This document shows, piece after piece, positions 62,904 to 64,000 of a stretch of DNA of 64,000 nucleotides (position 1 is its first letter; each line of letters begins with the position of its first letter). The position numbers and the translations under genes were made by a program. Origin of the DNA: an uncultured delta proteobacterium (GTDB taxonomy: Bacteria; Myxococcota; Myxococcia; Myxococcales; Myxococcaceae); assembly GCA_963796055.1 (NCBI GenBank), contig CAWCKH010000004.1:224001-288000 (forward strand), read 5' to 3'. Below the pieces are notes generated by a model. That model saw nothing but the letters and a program-made list of their open reading frames with translations. It was not told the origin of the DNA and made no database searches.

Positions 62904-64000
62904 ATGCGGACACTCCCCATCGCGCGATTCCCGGCCCGCACCCTCCCGGCCCTGCTCGCCCTGACCGCGCGCCGCGTTCCGGACCGGGTCTTCCTTCGCT
63001 TCCTGCCGCAGGGCGCCGCCGGACCGCCGCGAGACGTTCACTTCTCTCAATTCCGGGCGCTGGTCTGTCGCGCCGCCGTGTTCCTCGAACGCGCGGGCGT
63101 CAAACGCGGCGACCGCGTGATGCTCCTCGCCGAGAACTCCCCCGAGTGGCAGGCGATCGCCCTCGGCACGCAGCTTCTCGGGGCCGAACCGTCCGCGCTG
63201 TTCGCCAGCCTCGGCGCCCCGGCCGTCCAGGACATCGCCCTCCGCGTCCGTCCGCGCGTGGGGTTCGTCTCCACCCGGGAGCAGTGGGCCAAGCTGGCCC
63301 CGGTCGCCGAGGCGCTCGCGGGGCAAGGGCTGACCTCGGTGCTGGCCGTCGACGGGGCCATCGTCGACCTCCTGCCCGCGGGCGTTCGCGGCGCCAGCCT
63401 GGACGCGGCGCTCGGCGAGGATGTGCCGGCGCTCGCCATCGACGAGTTCGAGGCCCGCGCGGCGTCGATCCGGGAGGAGGACCCGTTCCTCCTCCTGTTC
63501 ACCAGCGGCACCACCGGCCGTCAGAAGGGTGTGCGGCTGCCGCAGCGAAGCATCGTCCATGCCGTCGAGGCCGGGGCCCTCTCCACCGCGCGCACCGAGC
63601 GCGACCTCGGGCTCCACCTGCTTCCCTTCGGGCATGTCGCGGGCCATGACCAGTTCGCCCTCGCGCTCGCCCAGGGCCATACGCTCCTCCTGCTCGGGCA
63701 CCCGTCCGATGCGCCGCGTGCCCTGGCGCTCGGACCGACCTACGTCTTCTCGGTGCCGCTGGTGTACGAGCGGATCCGCGCGCGGGTGCTCGACGGGCTC
63801 GGTCACCTTCCCGGGCCTCTTCGTCGCCTCGTCCACGACGCGCTCGAGTCGGCGGCGCGGGTCCGGGTCGACGGTGCGTCAGGCGCGCTCGACCACCTCC
63901 GGATGCGGGTGGCTGACCTGCTCGTCGGCCGGAGGATCCGCAAGGCGCTCGGCGGGCACATCGAGGGACTCTTCGCCGGCGGAGCTCCGACCTCGGTCGC
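62904..64000 (+). CDS. AMP-binding long-chain acyl-CoA synthetase, runs off window
   Basis: Open frame from ATG 62904; GDRVMLLAENSPEW, LFTSGTTGRQKGV, LLPFGHV, FAGGAP. Confidence 0.88.
   Translation, partial: MRTLPIARFPARTLPALLALTARRVPDRVFLRFLPQGAAGPPRDVHFSQFRALVCRAAVFLERAGVKRGDRVMLLAENSPEWQAIALGTQLLGAEPSALFASLGAPAVQDIALRVRPRVGFVSTREQWAKLAPVAEALAGQGLTSVLAVDGAIVDLLPAGVRGASLDAALGEDVPALAIDEFEARAASIREEDPFLLLFTSGTTGRQKGVRLPQRSIVHAVEAGALSTARTERDLGLHLLPFGHVAGHDQFALALAQGHTLLLLGHPSDAPRALALGPTYVFSVPLVYERIRARVLDGLGHLPGPLRRLVHDALESAARVRVDGASGALDHLRMRVADLLVGRRIRKALGGHIEGLFAGGAPTSV

Overview
GC-rich bacterial window; the gene content (Ser/Thr kinases, CorE-like ECF sigma, RCC1-repeat proteins) suggests Myxococcota, which is inference. 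It is a mosaic accessory region centred on a tRNA-Asn(GTT) gene at 34335-34407. Left of the tRNA lies a RecB-like nuclease/RNase H-like gene (32503-34290, minus). Nine co-oriented partial copies of its 3' region recur over about 29 kb downstream, separating cargo modules (AbiE, ParE/RelE, PemK and MqsR-like TA systems, kinases, permease, oxidoreductase). Right of the tRNA, pieces of a broken DUF3857/transglutaminase-like gene interleave similarly with further cargo. The layout resembles an integron array, but the spacers are coding-sequence fragments and no integrase, transposase or reverse transcriptase is recognisable in the window. Other highlights: a 46-aa, 12-Cys metallothionein-like gene behind tandem ECF-type promoter motifs next to a CorE-like sigma factor; a ~2600-aa RCC1-repeat protein with a C-terminal HEXXH motif coupled to a possible immunity gene; and an AA5-type copper radical oxidase with FN3 repeats. 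All family calls come from motif recognition by eye, not database searches.
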